A stretch of DNA of 64,000 nucleotides. Source: an uncultured delta proteobacterium. GTDB lineage: Bacteria; Desulfobacterota; Binatia; DP-6. The notes beneath the pieces are model-generated. The model worked only from the letters and a program-made list of their open reading frames with translations. It had not been told where the DNA came from and did no database searches. The stretch is taken from positions 832,001 to 896,000 of the forward strand of contig CAWFFN010000005.1 of the NCBI GenBank assembly GCA_963815115.1, in the 5' to 3' direction. Shown here piece by piece: positions 61,713 to 64,000 of the stretch; position 1 is the first letter of the stretch, and each line of letters starts with the position of its first letter. The translations under genes and the position numbers were made by a program.

Positions 61713-64000
61713 CTAGCCGAGGCGCGCGAGATAGGCTTCGGTGTTGGCGCGGAGGCGCTGCTCCCGCTCCGTGGGGTCTTCCTCGACGAAGACCTCGTCC
61801 GGCTGGATGCGGAACAGTGGCTGGCCCTTGCGCACGACCGCCCCGCTCGTCGCCAGCACCTCGGTGACGGTGCCCGCGAAGCTCGCGTACACCTTGTTGA
61901 ACATCTTCATCACCTCGATGATGTAGAGGGCGTCGCCGCGCTCGAAGTGACCTCCCGCGGTGATGAAGGGTGGTAGGTCGGGCGCCTCCTGGGAGTAGAA
62001 CGTCCCGCCCATCGCGGCGACGATCTCGTCCGCCTTGGTCACCGGCGGCGGGACGAGGACCTTGCGCATCGCCTCCTGGTGCGACGGCTCGTGCAGCCGT
62101 TCCGGGATGCGGACGGTCAGGTCGTCCTCGAGCGCGAGGTCGTAGAAGCCGGTCTTGTCGGCGATGAGCGGCAGCAGCGCCAGGATGTCCAGCCCGAGCT
62201 GATGTCCGGCGTGCGCCGCGCGCACGCGGCCCCACGCCGGGTCGTCGAATCCGAACGCGGGCGCGTCGCCCCGGAGCGTCAGATCGAGCTCCGGCCACGT
62301 CGTGCCCGCCGGGACGTGCGTCCCGACCTTCTCGTAGAAGGCGAGCGCGGTGTCGAGGAGCTCCCGGTCGTGATCCCAGATGCGGTAGGCAGCCGCGGTG
62401 TGGACGGTGTCCATGTCGAGCAGGCGGTAGGTCTCGGCCAGCACCTCGACCGGGTTGCGCTGCCATTCGACCTCGCCGTCGCGGACGACGTAGTCGAGCC
62501 GGTGCTGGGAGAGCCACGCCGACAGGAAATGCGGCTCGTCGAACAGCAGGCGGATCGGCCGTTCGAGCAGGGTCTCCTTCAACTCGATCACCCGGCGCGT
62601 GGCCTCGAGCGCGTCGGAGCTGGCAGCCGCCGTCGCCCGGCGGGCGATCTGCTGGAAGGCGTAGTCGAGATCGATGCCGTGGGCCTCCTGCGCGAGCTCG
62701 CCGAGCAGCGTGAGGTACGGGACGACGAACCTGGTGGTCGGCTTGGCCCACGGATCGCGCGCCAGGAACCACATCAGGATGCCGTAGTGGAACTCCAGGT
62801 TGGTGGCGAGGTCCATGCCCCGGAGCGCCGTGCGGCGGAAGATCTCGACCAGGCGCTGCCAGCTCTCCGGACGATCCTTGCCGGTCGCGAGCAGCAGCGC
62901 GACGTTGGAGTCGTAGGCGCCCGCGAGCCGGTAGCGCATGAAGAGCCCCGTGTCGGGATTCTTGATGGAGATGCCCTGATCGTCCCGGATCTCGCCCGCG
63001 ATGGGGTCGGACCACGACATGATGACCCCGCCGGCGGCCGGGCTGAGCGCGCGGTCGGTCGCGTTGAGCCGCGCCTCGATGGTGGCGCCGTCGCGCCGGA
63101 AGCGCGCGGGTCTGGGAAGGCGCCGCTTGTGCCGGGCGATGAGCGCCATCGCCTCGACCAGCGAGTGCACCTCGAAGCCGTCGGTCTCGTCGTCGGGGTT
63201 GGTGAACCGGAGGCCGTAGCAGAGCTCCGAGACCCGGTGCTCCACCTGGATGCGGGTGTTCACCTCCATGAAGTAGTGCCGCTCGCCCTCGACGATGCAC
63301 TCGAAGGTCGATGCCGAGTCGAGCCCGACCGCCACGCCGAAGCGCTCGGCCTCGGCCTCCATGCGCTCGAGGACGCCGAGGTCGCCCTCGAGCGTCTTCG
63401 CCTTCGTCGGCTGGCTCGCGGCGCGCGCCTGCGCGATGGCGTCACGCAGTCCCTCCTGGGTGATGGAGACCTCGACGAGCTTCTGCTCGTGCATCTGGAG
63501 GGAGCAGTCGCGACCGCCGAGCGAGATGCACCATTCGCCGTTGCCGAGGATCTGGATCTCGTTGTGGCGGGTGTGCTCGACGTTCAGCTCGAGCAGCATG
63601 TTCTTGTTGTCGCCCACGCCTGTGGTCTTCACCTCGGCGAGGACCTCGCGCACGAGCCCGGCAACCCGCGCGGCGTCGCCGAAGATGCGCTGGCCCTTGC
63701 CGCCGCCGCCGCCGATGGCCTTCAGCCGGAAACGGCGTCCTGGCTGCTCGCGCAGCAGACGCTCTGCCTCGAGCCGGAGGGTCTCGCCGAGCTCGTCGAT
63801 CGTGAAGAGGTCGACGTGCCGCGAGTAGGAGGCTTCCAGGACCTGCGTCGCCAGATCCGCGAGAGGCTTCGCCGAATCGCGGAGCGCCGGTACCTCGAGC
63901 CCGTGCGTCTTCGCCAGGCGCGCGAGCGCGGCATGGTCGGGGCATTTGCGCAGCAGGGTGCGCACGGTCGCGTCGTTGATGCCGGGCGTGACCGACACGT
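61713..64000 (-). CDS. Biotin carboxylase / biotin-carrier fusion (acyl-CoA carboxylase alpha-like), 5' truncated
   Basis: LKAIGGGGGKGQR, RDCSLQ, FMEVNTRIQVEH, YDS and biotinylation motif EVMKMF. Confidence 0.9.
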   Translation of the reverse strand, partial: VSVTPGINDATVRTLLRKCPDHAALARLAKTHGLEVPALRDSAKPLADLATQVLEASYSRHVDLFTIDELGETLRLEAERLLREQPGRRFRLKAIGGGGGKGQRIFGDAARVAGLVREVLAEVKTTGVGDNKNMLLELNVEHTRHNEIQILGNGEWCISLGGRDCSLQMHEQKLVEVSITQEGLRDAIAQARAASQPTKAKTLEGDLGVLERMEAEAERFGVAVGLDSASTFECIVEGERHYFMEVNTRIQVEHRVSELCYGLRFTNPDDETDGFEVHSLVEAMALIARHKRRLPRPARFRRDGATIEARLNATDRALSPAAGGVIMSWSDPIAGEIRDDQGISIKNPDTGLFMRYRLAGAYDSNVALLLATGKDRPESWQRLVEIFRRTALRGMDLATNLEFHYGILMWFLARDPWAKPTTRFVVPYLTLLGELAQEAHGIDLDYAFQQIARRATAAASSDALEATRRVIELKETLLERPIRLLFDEPHFLSAWLSQHRLDYVVRDGEVEWQRNPVEVLAETYRLLDMDTVHTAAAYRIWDHDRELLDTALAFYEKVGTHVPAGTTWPELDLTLRGDAPAFGFDDPAWGRVRAAHAGHQLGLDILALLPLIADKTGFYDLALEDDLTVRIPERLHEPSHQEAMRKVLVPPPVTKADEIVAAMGGTFYSQEAPDLPPFITAGGHFERGDALYIIEVMKMFNKVYASFAGTVTEVLATSGAVVRKGQPLFRIQPDEVFVEEDPTEREQRLRANTEAYLARLG

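Overview
A very GC-rich diderm bacterial window. The gene content and the Cys-rich secreted proteins suggest Candidatus Binatia/Binatota or a related deltaproteobacterium (inference only). From left to right it holds: (1) the tail of one complex I cluster, with nuoL directly followed by nuoN and no nuoM; (2) panE and a LemA/TPM/nucleotidyltransferase cluster; (3) a ~14 kb cobalamin-acquisition locus: a CobS homologue lacking its catalytic His/Asp motifs, two cobalamin riboswitches, a BtuB-like TonB receptor with an apparent non-canonical start, a riboswitch-headed run of three uncharacterised secreted proteins (YncE/BtuG-like propeller, BtuH-like domain plus thrombospondin-3 repeats, second propeller) and btuFCD; (4) a second, 11-subunit complex I (nuoABCDHI...JKLMN, no EFG) split by a 5.6 kb insert; (5) rsmI and a glycogen cluster (DUF4912 with twelve 8-aa GASE repeats, GH57, glgA) carrying many frameshifts; (6) a GH13 gene flanked by 17-bp direct repeats; (7) housekeeping genes (hisI, acyP, ligA, M16 peptidase pair, GT-C transferases, NCS2 permease, HtrA, rnr, pyruvoyl arginine decarboxylase, DUF192, membrane Fe-S oxidoreductase, biotin carboxylase). 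A structured ~110-bp dispersed repeat occurs three times, always just after a stop codon between convergent genes. The best candidates for something undescribed are the riboswitch-controlled secreted corrinoid-capture module with the degenerate CobS, and the structured repeat family. All family assignments come from motif recognition by eye; no searches were run.
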